A stretch of 64,000 bases of DNA, from contig PEAG01000004.1 of the NCBI GenBank assembly GCA_002753505.1, forward strand, positions 47,785 to 111,784, written 5' to 3'. The position numbers and the translations under genes are program-made. The notes below the pieces were generated by a model. That model did not search any database. It saw nothing but the letters and a program-made list of their open reading frames with translations, and had not been told where the DNA came from. Shown one piece after another: positions 25,770-35,115 of this stretch (the stretch's first letter is position 1; each line of letters starts with the position of its first letter). The stretch is from Magnetococcales bacterium HCHbin5 (GTDB taxonomy: Bacteria; Pseudomonadota; Magnetococcia; Magnetococcales; Magnetaquicoccaceae).

Positions 25770-28214
25770 ATGGTCAGGCAGATATTTCGCACAGTGCTGG
25801 CGGAAAATGGCGTGTTAAAACCGGATTTTCTGTCGCTTTGGGTTTTGATTGTCGGGTTGGCCATCAGTGTGGTGACGGTTGTATCCCTGCAACACAGCAT
25901 CAGGGATGCAACCAACCAGACAATGACCTTGGCAATCAACACGGCTCGTGCCAACTTTTCCAAGGATGTTGCCTTCCGGCAGTGGGCCACCCGCCATGGT
26001 GGCATTTATGTCCCTGTTGACGAGCGCACACCGCCCAACCCCAACCTGGCACACATCCCGGAGCGTGACATCCGTACCCCCTCGGGTAAACAGTTAACCC
26101 TCATGAATCCCGCCTACATGCTCCGTCAGATCATGAATGAGTATTCCGATCTGTATGGTGTTCGGGGCAAGATCACCTCCCTGAAACCCCTGAATCCCAT
26201 CAATACCCCCGATCCCTGGGAAGAGCGGGCACTGCACCTGTTCGAGGCTGGAAAAGAGGAGATCATGGAGGTGGTGGGCGATGGTCTGGATGCCTCCCTG
26301 CGACTGATGCGCCCCATGATCACCCGTGAAGGTTGCCTGAAATGTCATGCCTTTCAGGGGTACAAGGTGGGCGATGTGCGTGGTGGCATTGGTGTGCGTG
26401 TGCCGTTGAAAAGTTTTCGGGAGACAGAGGCACTTGTTCTGAGCAATATCAAGTTTGTGCATGCCTTTTTCTGGGGAGTCGGGATGTTTTTGCTCGGTCT
26501 CTACTATCAGATGGCGCGTCAACGCATGCGGGAACAGGTTGCGGCAGAACTTGCCTTGCGCAAGGAGCGGGATGCCATCCGGGCGGCCAAAGAGTCTGCC
26601 ATACAGGCGCAGTTTCTCAGCGACCAGGCCCTGGAGTTGGCCAAGGCGGGCCACTGGTGTATTGATTTCAGCGAGGGAGATGAATATTACATCTCGTCGG
26701 AGCGCACGGTTACCATTTTTGGTGACCCGCCACGGGACGATTTGCGTTACCACCTCATGAACGATTGGTATGTCAACATTGAAGCGGCTGACAAGGCTGC
26801 TGCGGAGGCGACACTGGCCAATTATTTGGCCGCTCGCGATGGAAGCCAGCCGAAATACGACATGATTCACCCGTACAAGCGTCCCGGTGATGGCCGTGTC
26901 GTTTGGATTCACGCCTTGGGACATATGGTGCGGGATGCAGAGGGTCGGCCGGCTCACATGTATGGTGTGGTGATGGATGTTACCGACAGCAAACTGGTTG
27001 AGAATGCGATTCGGGAGGCGAAGGAGGCTGCCGAGCGGGCCAGCAGGGCCAAAGGTGAGTTTTTGGCCAATATGAGCCACGAAATCCGTACACCCATGAA
27101 TGTGGTGTTGGGCATGTCGGACGTGTTGCTTGAAACCGGTCTTGATGCAGAGCAACGCCGTATTGTGCAGACCATGAGCCGTTCGGGCAAGGCATTGATG
27201 GGTGTGATCAGTGACGTGCTGGACTTTTCCCACATCGAATCAGGGCGTTTCATGTTGTCCGAACAGCCGTACTGTCCAAGACAGACGGTCGAGGAGATCA
27301 TGGATTTTATGCGATGGTCCGCTGAGGAAAAGGGGTTGATGTTGTCAGGGGATTTCGCTTCCGGTATACCGGAAGCGGTCATGGGAGACCACGGACGGCT
27401 GCGACAGGTGTTGATCAACTTGTTGGGGAACGCCATCAAGTTTACCCGGCATGGAGAGGTCTCTGTGCGGTTGGCACCCCATCCCCAGGAGCCGGAGAGC
27501 CTCCTGTTTTGCGTCTCTGATACCGGGATCGGCATCGCTCCAGAACAGCTGGAAAATATTTTTCAGCAGTTTACCCAGGCAGATTCCAGTATTACCCGTC
27601 GGTATGGCGGTACCGGACTGGGGCTGGCGATTTCCCAAAGGTTGGTGGAACTGATGGGGGGTCGCATTTGGGTGGAGAGCCAACTGGGGCAGGGGAGCCG
27701 CTTTTTTTTCAGCCTGCCATCTCGTTTGGCACCGGTTGCGGTCCCGTTGGTTACCGCATCGGAACAGGTGGTCGGGGCGTTCACCAGAGAGCTGCGCATT
27801 TTGATTGCAGAGGATGCACCAGAAAACCAGGCTCTGATCCAGGCCTATTTAAAAAAATCGCCGCACCATCTTGTCTTTGTCAATGATGGGGCGGAGGCGG
27901 TGGCACAGGTGAAAAAGGAGCTGTTTGACCTGGTGCTGATGGATATCCAGATGCCCAACATGGATGGGTATGCGGCCACTCGTGCCATACGTCGCTGGGA
28001 GAGGGAGGAAGGGGGAGATCCCTTGATCATCATGGCACTGACTGCGCATGCTTCCATCGGCAAGAGAGAGGAAAGTTTGGCGGTCGGGTGTAACGACCAT
28101 CTGACCAAACCCATCAAGAAGCAGACTTTACTGGATGCCATTCAGCGGGTTGCGGAATGGCTTGACAGCCAAAGGGGCGTGGTGGCAAGCCAGCCACTCC
28201 AGGGAGAGCCATAG
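25770..28214 (+). CDS. hybrid sensor histidine kinase with a periplasmic DUF3365 (c-type heme) sensor, a PAS-like region, HisKA/HATPase and a C-terminal receiver
   Basis: ATG 25770 with GGGAGGA 6 nt upstream. Heme motif CLKCH within a DUF3365-like block. H-box [15 protein letters not shown]2 box [10 protein letters not shown]. Receiver [14 protein letters not shown]...KP. Confidence 0.85.
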   Translation: MVRQIFRTVLAENGVLKPDFLSLWVLIVGLAISVVTVVSLQHSIRDATNQTMTLAINTARANFSKDVAFRQWATRHGGIYVPVDERTPPNPNLAHIPERDIRTPSGKQLTLMNPAYMLRQIMNEYSDLYGVRGKITSLKPLNPINTPDPWEERALHLFEAGKEEIMEVVGDGLDASLRLMRPMITREGCLKCHAFQGYKVGDVRGGIGVRVPLKSFRETEALVLSNIKFVHAFFWGVGMFLLGLYYQMARQRMREQVAAELALRKERDAIRAAKESAIQAQFLSDQALELAKAGHWCIDFSEGDEYYISSERTVTIFGDPPRDDLRYHLMNDWYVNIEAADKAAAEATLANYLAARDGSQPKYDMIHPYKRPGDGRVVWIHALGHMVRDAEGRPAHMYGVVMDVTDSKLVENAIREAKEAAERASRAKGEFLANMSHEIRTPMNVVLGMSDVLLETGLDAEQRRIVQTMSRSGKALMGVISDVLDFSHIESGRFMLSEQPYCPRQTVEEIMDFMRWSAEEKGLMLSGDFASGIPEAVMGDHGRLRQVLINLLGNAIKFTRHGEVSVRLAPHPQEPESLLFCVSDTGIGIAPEQLENIFQQFTQADSSITRRYGGTGLGLAISQRLVELMGGRIWVESQLGQGSRFFFSLPSRLAPVAVPLVTASEQVVGAFTRELRILIAEDAPENQALIQAYLKKSPHHLVFVNDGAEAVAQVKKELFDLVLMDIQMPNMDGYAATRAIRRWEREEGGDPLIIMALTAHASIGKREESLAVGCNDHLTKPIKKQTLLDAIQRVAEWLDSQRGVVASQPLQGEP

Positions 28215-28268
28215 CCGTCGTTTGCTGTTTTTTTCCCGCAAGGGCACCACGTTCGGAAGGGATGTCGG

Positions 28269-30371
28269 ATGAGTCAACCGGGTGAACAAAAATCTTTGGG
28301 CGGTTTGCTGAAATTGCTGGCTCCTCTGTTGGTGGCGATTCCCGCTGTCGCCATTTTGTCGTGGACCTTCTATTTCACCAGCAACCAGTTGGAGCAGTGG
28401 GCCGAGTCAAGTCTGGATAAGATTGGCGAACAGGTCATTGAAAAGACGGAAAATTTCCTCAATTCAGCCGCATTTTCCGCCGACTACAATGCCACCTGGA
28501 TCGCAGCCAACGCCAATACGGAAAAATTTACTGAACATTTTTACCAGATGGCGCAAAAGCAGATGGCCCATTTTCCCCACTACAAGTTGATCTATTTTGG
28601 GGACCAGTCCGGCAACCATTGGTTGAACAAAAGGGATCCGGACGGCAAACTGCGGGCTCGTGTGGTGCAGCGGCTGGATGACTCTGCTGCCAGCCGGGAA
28701 CTGCTGACCAGGGCCAGCGCGCTCTCTGAAACAGATCCGGCTGAGCGGGAGTCACGCCGACGTTTGCTGGCTCCCCTGCTGCGGACAGCCTGGCACGAAC
28801 AGGACGGAACCGGTCGATTGCAATTCAGCTATTGGGATCCGCTCAAAGCGTATGATCCCCGCCTGCGGCCCTGGTATCGGGGGGCTGAGGCGATGAAGGG
28901 CAAATCCTGGATTGATGTTTACAGCTGGGAAAACAAGTTTCAGGACAAGGTTGAGTACGAGGCGGGCATTACAGTCTCCTATCCTGTCGTTCAGCAAGGC
29001 AGAGTGCTGGGCGTTGTTGGCATTGATCTGGTGCTGGGTGCCATCTCTGAATTTCTCAGTGAGCTGCAGGTTGCTGCCCATGGTCGTGCCTTCATCTTTG
29101 ATTCCCAGGGTCGGGTTGTCGGGATGCCGCATCAGAGTCAACTGCTGCGCCCCTCGCGGACGGAGGCCAACGGGGTGGCACGTTTGCGGCTGCATGATTT
29201 GCAGGATGTGGCGGTGGCGACCTCCTACGAAACTTTGCGCAACCAGTTGGGTGTGACGCAAAAAAATGGGCAGTCTGCTGGCCCGCTGGGGCAGTTTTCC
29301 GCACAGGTGATCCGTTTTTTTGTGCAGGGTGAAGCGTTTCTTGGGTTTTTTCGTCCCCTGGACCCGGACTTTCAGTTGGATTGGTATGTGGGCGTCCTTA
29401 TGCCCGAGTCGGATGTCAAAGGGGCGTTGGAAGAGCAGTTCCGCTGGGTCTTTATCGGTATTTTTGTGGTTGTTCTGCTCTTTTTTGCGCTGATTCCGCT
29501 GCACTTGAAGGCGGAAAAAGATCGCCGCTGGATTCAAAATGCCTTTTCCAAGTATGTTTCACCCAACCGCGTGGCCTATTTGTTGAAAAATCCAGACCAT
29601 TTGGCGTTGGGTGGCGAGTACCGGGACTGCTCCTTTGTCATGACCGACTTGGCAGGTTTTACCGCCATGATGGAGCAATGTACGGTGGAGCCGCAAGAGA
29701 TCGTGCATACCTTGAACGAGTACCTGGACGGAATGGTGGGTATCGCCTTCAAGCATGAAGGAACGTTGGATCGCATTGTCGGGGATGCGGTCGCCGTACT
29801 GTTTTCGGCTCCGGTTGTTCAGGAGGATCATGCCCAGCGGGCAGTGAATTGTGCGCTGGAGATGGATCGATTTGCCACACAATTTGCCTTGGAAAAGCAG
29901 CGGCAGGGGTTGCCTTTCGGCTTTACCCGGATTGGCGTCAATTCGGGCCGGGTTTTGTTGGGCAATTTTGGTGGCAAGCTGGTTTTTGATTATCGGGCTT
30001 TGGGGGATCCCATCAATACCGCCTCCCGGTTGGAGAGCATCAACAACCAGTTGGGTACCCGGGTGTGCGTGAGCGGTGAGACAGTCTCCCGGGTAAGCGG
30101 TTTTTGCGGCCGTCTGGTGGGTCATTTGATCCTGAAGGGGAAAGAGAACGGCATCCATGCCTATCAGCCGTTACCAGAGGAGGCGAGGGATACCCCTCTG
30201 GTGCGCTGTTATGAATCGGCCTACCAGTTGATGGCCTCGAAAGATTCCCATGCCTTTGCCGCCTTTGCCCAGGCTCTTGCAAAATGGCCGGAAGATCCTT
30301 TGTTGCGGTTTCATTATGCACGCCTGTTGGCGGGACAGAGTGGAGAGAGTATCTTTTTTACAGACAAATAA
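28269..30371 (+). CDS. membrane-bound class III adenylate/guanylate cyclase with an extracytoplasmic Cache-like sensor
   Basis: TM, a roughly 350-aa periplasmic domain, TM, then cyclase motifs (FVMTDLAGFT, GDAVAVLF, RIGVNSGRVLLGNFGG, YRALGDPINTASRLES). Confidence 0.85.
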   Translation: MSQPGEQKSLGGLLKLLAPLLVAIPAVAILSWTFYFTSNQLEQWAESSLDKIGEQVIEKTENFLNSAAFSADYNATWIAANANTEKFTEHFYQMAQKQMAHFPHYKLIYFGDQSGNHWLNKRDPDGKLRARVVQRLDDSAASRELLTRASALSETDPAERESRRRLLAPLLRTAWHEQDGTGRLQFSYWDPLKAYDPRLRPWYRGAEAMKGKSWIDVYSWENKFQDKVEYEAGITVSYPVVQQGRVLGVVGIDLVLGAISEFLSELQVAAHGRAFIFDSQGRVVGMPHQSQLLRPSRTEANGVARLRLHDLQDVAVATSYETLRNQLGVTQKNGQSAGPLGQFSAQVIRFFVQGEAFLGFFRPLDPDFQLDWYVGVLMPESDVKGALEEQFRWVFIGIFVVVLLFFALIPLHLKAEKDRRWIQNAFSKYVSPNRVAYLLKNPDHLALGGEYRDCSFVMTDLAGFTAMMEQCTVEPQEIVHTLNEYLDGMVGIAFKHEGTLDRIVGDAVAVLFSAPVVQEDHAQRAVNCALEMDRFATQFALEKQRQGLPFGFTRIGVNSGRVLLGNFGGKLVFDYRALGDPINTASRLESINNQLGTRVCVSGETVSRVSGFCGRLVGHLILKGKENGIHAYQPLPEEARDTPLVRCYESAYQLMASKDSHAFAAFAQALAKWPEDPLLRFHYARLLAGQSGESIFFTDK

Positions 30372-30389
30372 CTGGGCGGGAAACCTTTG

Positions 30390-31178
30390 ATGAGCATGGA
30401 ACTCACCTTCCTGGGGGCCGGGTCCGCTTTCACAACCGACGAATATTACCAGTCCAATCTGTTGTTGACAGCGGCCAGTGGCAAAAACATGTTGATTGAT
30501 TGCGGCTCCGACATCCGTTTTTCCCTGGCGGAGTGGGGGATGCGTCATGAGGGGGTGCGCATGGATATTGATGCGGTTTTTATCTCTCATCTGCACTCCG
30601 ACCATATTGGCGGTTTGGAATGGTTGGCATTCAAGAGCTATTTTGCGGCGGGTGTGGCGCGACCGACGCTGTTTCTGGTAGAGGATTTTGCCAATCGCCT
30701 CTGGGATCATGGTTTGCGGGGGGGATTGGAGTGCATCACCGAAAAGCAGATGACGTTGTCTGACTATTTTGTGCCGGTAGTGGTTGTTCCCGGGCAGCCT
30801 TTCCGCTGGGAAGGGATTCAGTTCACCCCTTTTCGTGCCCTGCATGTCAACAATCCGTTGCATCCCATGTACAGCTTTGGGTTGATCATTCAGGTGGGGG
30901 GGGAGGCCTGTATTTTTACCACAGATAGTATTCTCGACCAGAATTTGCGCCATTTGTTGGAGGCATGGCTGCCTCGGGTGCGGTTTGTCTTTCAGGATTG
31001 TGAGACCTCCAGTATACCGACCGGTGTTCACGCCCATTACACGGAGCTTTGTGGTTTGCCGCTGCCATTGCGCAATAAAATGTGGCTGTATCATTACAAT
31101 CCGCACCCCCCTTATCGCCCGGAAGAGGATGGATTTTTGGGGTTTGTACGCAAAGGGCAGCGGTTTCGCTTTGGATAG
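30390..31178 (+). CDS. MBL-fold metallo-hydrolase
   Basis: FLGAGSAF...IDCG...FISHLHSDHIGG (HxHxDH). It starts about 19 nt after the cyclase stop. Confidence 0.75.
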   Translation: MSMELTFLGAGSAFTTDEYYQSNLLLTAASGKNMLIDCGSDIRFSLAEWGMRHEGVRMDIDAVFISHLHSDHIGGLEWLAFKSYFAAGVARPTLFLVEDFANRLWDHGLRGGLECITEKQMTLSDYFVPVVVVPGQPFRWEGIQFTPFRALHVNNPLHPMYSFGLIIQVGGEACIFTTDSILDQNLRHLLEAWLPRVRFVFQDCETSSIPTGVHAHYTELCGLPLPLRNKMWLYHYNPHPPYRPEEDGFLGFVRKGQRFRFG

Positions 31179-31179
31179 G

Positions 31180-32304
31180 CTATGGTTTTTTTTCTGAATC
31201 TGTTTTCCAGGAGGCCAGTAGGGTGCCTTCAAAATCGAATGCCAACAGCGAGAGTTGGGTCGTCGCCGGCAGGCGGGGCCGCATGGCCTGGGCGGCGCGC
31301 GCCAGCAACGCCTGGGTGAAGGCCGCTTCCAACCCCTCTGCCGCCAACAGCTCGGCGGCATGCCGCACCGTCGTCCCCCCCTGAATGGCTTGACAAACCG
31401 CCTCCCGCCCCCCCACCTGACGGGCCAAGCGGGCGATCCAACCCATGTCGACCGCCTCCTTGTGGGCATGGGTGTTGGACAGGCCCTGGCCCATTTTGGC
31501 CAGTTTTCCCACCATGGCGGCCACCACCAGGTCGGCAATACCCGCCTGACTGACCTGCTCCAACGCTGCCCCGACAAAATCACCCATCTGAATGAAGGCA
31601 TACTCCGGCAGCTCAGGCCGTGCGGCCATGGCAAACCGCTCACTGCGCCGACCCGTGGTCAACACCAGGGTTGCTGCGCCCTGATCCGCTGCCGCTTGAA
31701 TGGTCTGCCGCATGGCCGCCTTGAAGGCCGCCGTCGAGTAGGGGTAAACAACCCCCGTGGTCCCCAGAATGGAGATGCCCCCCTCGATACCCAGGCGCGG
31801 ATTGAGGGTGCGCTTGGCCAACGCTGCCCCACCCGGAACAGAAATGACAATCTCCAGACCGGAAGCCGCCAACCAATCCCCGGCAGCAGCCCGGGCATTT
31901 TCTTCAATGTTGCGACGGGGAATCGGGTTGATGGCTGCCTGCTGCAGCGGCAGACCCAACCCTGGGCGGGTCACCACGCCAACCCCGTCCCCCCCCAACA
32001 GCACCACCTCTCCCACCCGCGCCGGCAAAGGCCGGACACGGGCCGTCAAATGGGCACCGTGGGTACAATCCGGGTCATCCCCCGCATCCTTGATGACCAC
32101 CGCCTCCGCCCACAGCGGAGTGACACAGCCGGTCGCCACCGCAAACAACACCGCCTGACCGTTGGGCAACACGGTCTCCACCTGGGCCGGTACCTGACCC
32201 GACAACCAACCCAGCGTGGCGGCACGACTGGCCGCAGCTGCACAAGCCCCCGTGGTGAAACCGGTGCGTTGACCCCGCTGCAATGGCCGCCTCTCCCGAT
32301 TCAA
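31180..32304 (-). CDS. cbiD: cobalt-precorrin-5B (C1)-methyltransferase CbiD
   Basis: RTGFTTGACAAAASRAA opening and GDDPDCTHG motif. I chose the TTG at 32304, which overlaps the cbiC stop (TTGA) and gives about 374 aa. The ATG at 32400 would overlap cbiC by 100 nt. Confidence 0.8.
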   Translation of the reverse strand: MNRERRPLQRGQRTGFTTGACAAAASRAATLGWLSGQVPAQVETVLPNGQAVLFAVATGCVTPLWAEAVVIKDAGDDPDCTHGAHLTARVRPLPARVGEVVLLGGDGVGVVTRPGLGLPLQQAAINPIPRRNIEENARAAAGDWLAASGLEIVISVPGGAALAKRTLNPRLGIEGGISILGTTGVVYPYSTAAFKAAMRQTIQAAADQGAATLVLTTGRRSERFAMAARPELPEYAFIQMGDFVGAALEQVSQAGIADLVVAAMVGKLAKMGQGLSNTHAHKEAVDMGWIARLARQVGGREAVCQAIQGGTTVRHAAELLAAEGLEAAFTQALLARAAQAMRPRLPATTQLSLLAFDFEGTLLASWKTDSEKKP

Positions 32305-32963
32305 GGGCGGGATTCCAGCGCAAGGTCCATCAGGGCATGCAGGGCCGCCACCGCCAGCGTCGAGCCCCCCTTGGTGCCCCGAATGGTGATCCAGGGGCAC
32401 TCTGCCAACGTCATCAACGCCTCTTTGGATTCAGCTGCTGCAATAAATCCCACCGGCACCCCGATCACAAGAGCCGGGCGCACCCCCTCCTGCCGAACCA
32501 GGCGGATCAGCTCCAGCAAGGCAGTAGGCGCGTTGCCGATGGCCACCACACTGCCGGTCAGCAGACCGCTGCGCCAACCATGGCGCATGGCCTGGACGGA
32601 ACGGGTGGTACCCTCTGCCTGCGCCTGGGCAATCACCTGGGGGTCGGCATTCCATTGGTGAACGGTCAACCCCAACGGCGTCAACCGCCTGCTGGTCAGG
32701 CCGGCCCGAATCATCTCGACATCCACAATCAGCGGGGCCCCCCGCGACAAGGCCGCCACCCCCTCCGTGATCGCCGCCGGGTGAAATGCGGTCAACCCAT
32801 GCAGGGCAAAGTCGCCACTGGTATGGATCAAACGCCGTACCACCGGCCACTGTTGTGCATCGTAGATCTCCTGTTCGCCAATCTCTGCTTCAATCAGGCG
32901 AAAAGAGGCCGCTTCAATGGCCGCTCCGGCTGGCACAATGGGGGGCAGCAAGGGCCGGTTCAT
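32301..32963 (-). CDS. cbiC: precorrin-8X / cobalt-precorrin-8 methylmutase
   Basis: ASFRLIEAEI...RLIHTSGDFAL...VAIGNAPTAL motifs. The ATG at 32963 overlaps the cbiX stop (ATGA). Confidence 0.85.
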   Translation of the reverse strand: MNRPLLPPIVPAGAAIEAASFRLIEAEIGEQEIYDAQQWPVVRRLIHTSGDFALHGLTAFHPAAITEGVAALSRGAPLIVDVEMIRAGLTSRRLTPLGLTVHQWNADPQVIAQAQAEGTTRSVQAMRHGWRSGLLTGSVVAIGNAPTALLELIRLVRQEGVRPALVIGVPVGFIAAAESKEALMTLAECPWITIRGTKGGSTLAVAALHALMDLALESRP

Positions 32964-33805
32964 GAGGCATGCTTGTGGGTGCAGTGGTGAACCATATGTT
33001 CTGCCGCGACCAAGCTGAATTTGCAACAGTCACACTCCATCATGCCTGCCTCCCCCCCGCTTCTGACCTTTTCCAGGCGTTGGTCCAACAGGGCGACCAA
33101 GGTGTCATTGATGCCCAGATAGCCTGCCTGGGCAAAGGCGATCTGAGGATATTGGGTCTGCAAACGCGCCACCTGCTGGGTGATCCGTTTGATCAAACGA
33201 CCGGTGAAGAGATAATACGGGAGAATGACTATCTGCATCATGCCCAACCGTACCATGCGCTGCACAACGCCCTCCAAGCGGGGATCCGTAACCCCCGTAA
33301 AGGCGTACTCTACCATGTCATGATGGGTTGTTTCAAAGATCCAACGGGCCATGCGGGCCACTTCGGCATTGGCCGACATGTCGGAGGAGCCCCGACCCAG
33401 CAGAATGATTCCGGTGTTTTTGGGGTCCGGCATGTCCAGCATGACCATGGCACTGTGCAATCGCCGCCGCAACAGCTTCAAGATGGGCTCTTCACACCCC
33501 AGATGACGACCATACAAAAATTCCACCGCCGGCATCTCTGCCCTGGCCGCACGAATCGCATCCGGGATCTCCATCTTGACATGACCGGCGGCATTCAAAA
33601 TAAGGGGCAGCGCGATGACCCGATCCGTATCCCGGGCCGCCCGACGCAGCCCCTCCGCCAGCAAAGGTTCCGCCAGTTCAATAAAACAGACCTCCAGACG
33701 CTCTTGAGGATGGTGGCGGTGCCAATATTCGGCAAAATCTTTTACCTCCTGATTGCCATCGTCATCCCGTGAGCCGTGACCAACGATCAATACAGTTTCA
33801 CGCAT
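32960..33805 (-). CDS. cbiX: sirohydrochlorin cobaltochelatase, long form (CbiX-L) with a C-terminal Cys/His cluster
   Basis: Duplicated CbiX halves (LIVGHGSRD..., ILLGRGSSD...). C-terminal MECDCCKF...HMVHHCTHKH. The start ATG overlaps the cbiF 3' end by 8 nt. Confidence 0.8.
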   Translation of the reverse strand: MRETVLIVGHGSRDDDGNQEVKDFAEYWHRHHPQERLEVCFIELAEPLLAEGLRRAARDTDRVIALPLILNAAGHVKMEIPDAIRAARAEMPAVEFLYGRHLGCEEPILKLLRRRLHSAMVMLDMPDPKNTGIILLGRGSSDMSANAEVARMARWIFETTHHDMVEYAFTGVTDPRLEGVVQRMVRLGMMQIVILPYYLFTGRLIKRITQQVARLQTQYPQIAFAQAGYLGINDTLVALLDQRLEKVRSGGEAGMMECDCCKFSLVAAEHMVHHCTHKHAS

Positions 33806-34595
33806 TTTCAGAATCTCCCGAGAGTGAAGCCGCTCGGCACCCGTGGCCGAAGGCGGGATGATAGAGTTGGGAACGAATGGGGGGGGCTGCATGGCCGGTA
33901 TTCAGGGTATGGCCAATAATAATCATGCTTTGGTTGCTGATCTGGGCCGCTTCGCACTGTTGGGCGATGTCGGCCAGAGTGCCACGGATTATTTTTTCCT
34001 CGCCCGGCCACTCCGCCTTGTGGACCACCAGAACGGGCGCATCCTGACGCCAACCGGCGGCGGCCAACTCGGCACATATTTTGGGCCAGAGGGTTATGGA
34101 GAGGTGGATGCACAGGGTGGCCCCGTGGCGTGCCAAATCCCGCAACTGTTCGCCGGCCGGCATCGGTGTGCGTCCCTCCACCCGGGTCAAAATAACGGTT
34201 TGGCTCACCTCCGGCAGGGTCAGGCTCTCCAGGGCCACCGCCGCCGAGGCGGCAAAAGAGGGTACCCCGGGGACCGATTTGACGGTCACACCGGCCTGCA
34301 ACAAGGGGTGGGCCATCTCCGACAGTGCCCCGTAAAGGGAAGGGTCACCCGTTTGCAGACGGACCACAGTGGCTGTGCGGGCGGCCTGTTGCAGCAACCA
34401 TTGGACCATCTCTTCCAGGGTCATGCCGCTGGAGTCGGCGATCACGCAGTCGGCCGGTGCGTGGCGCAGATGGGCCTGACTGACCAGAGAGCCGGCATAG
34501 AGGATGGCCCCGGCCTGGGTGAGCAGGCTGCGGCCGCGGACGGTAATCAAATCATCGGCTCCGGGTCCAGCCCCGACAATCCAGATGGTACCCAT
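33798..34595 (-). CDS. cbiF: precorrin-4 / cobalt-precorrin-4 C11-methyltransferase
   Basis: IWIVGAGPGADDLITVRG...LQTGDPSLYGA tetrapyrrole methylase motifs. The start could be 34595, 34607 or the TTG at 34619. Confidence 0.85.
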   Translation of the reverse strand: MGTIWIVGAGPGADDLITVRGRSLLTQAGAILYAGSLVSQAHLRHAPADCVIADSSGMTLEEMVQWLLQQAARTATVVRLQTGDPSLYGALSEMAHPLLQAGVTVKSVPGVPSFAASAAVALESLTLPEVSQTVILTRVEGRTPMPAGEQLRDLARHGATLCIHLSITLWPKICAELAAAGWRQDAPVLVVHKAEWPGEEKIIRGTLADIAQQCEAAQISNQSMIIIGHTLNTGHAAPPIRSQLYHPAFGHGCRAASLSGDSENA

Positions 34596-34804
34596 TGTTT
34601 TTTCCATAGGTTTTTCCAATCAAAACAAGCATGTCTTATCATGCGTGCCCCGGTACGGATCGGCACGTTCGTCTGGTTCAATACGGGTGCAAGGCAGCGA
34701 GGGGAAAAGAGGGGGAGCGAAACAACAGGGAGGATGGGATATGGCAGCCGGGAAGGCCTCCTCCCGGCACGCGCCCACGCCGCCCACCGCAGCATGTACA
34801 GGCC

Positions 34805-35040
34805 ATTCCCTGGGTCGGTTTCCGGGCTGTCGAGGGGAGCGATCGGGGCTCCAGACCGTGCGCCTTCCCAGCCCTCGGGCCAGTGGCTTTTTGCCGGTCA
34901 TCAGGGGTGTCACGCCCTGACTCGAATACCGTTGCGGGGGCAGCACCGGACTTGACCGCATGGCAGCGGTCCACCGGATTTCCCAGTTCGTCCGGGATGA
35001 TCAACGACAGCCCGGACACCCTCAGGGAGGGAACTGGTCG
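34805..35040 (-). promoter_or_regulatory. cobalamin (B12) riboswitch in the leader of cbiF-cbiX-cbiC-cbiD
   Basis: The minus strand reads ...CTGGGAAATCCGGTGG(hairpin)GGTCAAGTCCGGTGCTGCCCCCGCAACGGTA...AAAGCCACTGGCCCGAGGGCTGGGAAGGCG...CAGCCCGGAAACCGACC. This matches the conserved GGGAA / GGTG / AAxTCC / GCxGCCCCCGCAACxGTA core, the GCCACTG...GGGAAGGC element and a B12-box-like AGCCCGGAAACCG. Confidence 0.8.
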
Positions 35041-35115
35041 CCATCCTACGGGGTGGGATTGATTCGGGTCAAGGGATTTCCTGCATTGGACAAGATCAAG
35101 AAAAGCAGGGGGAGG

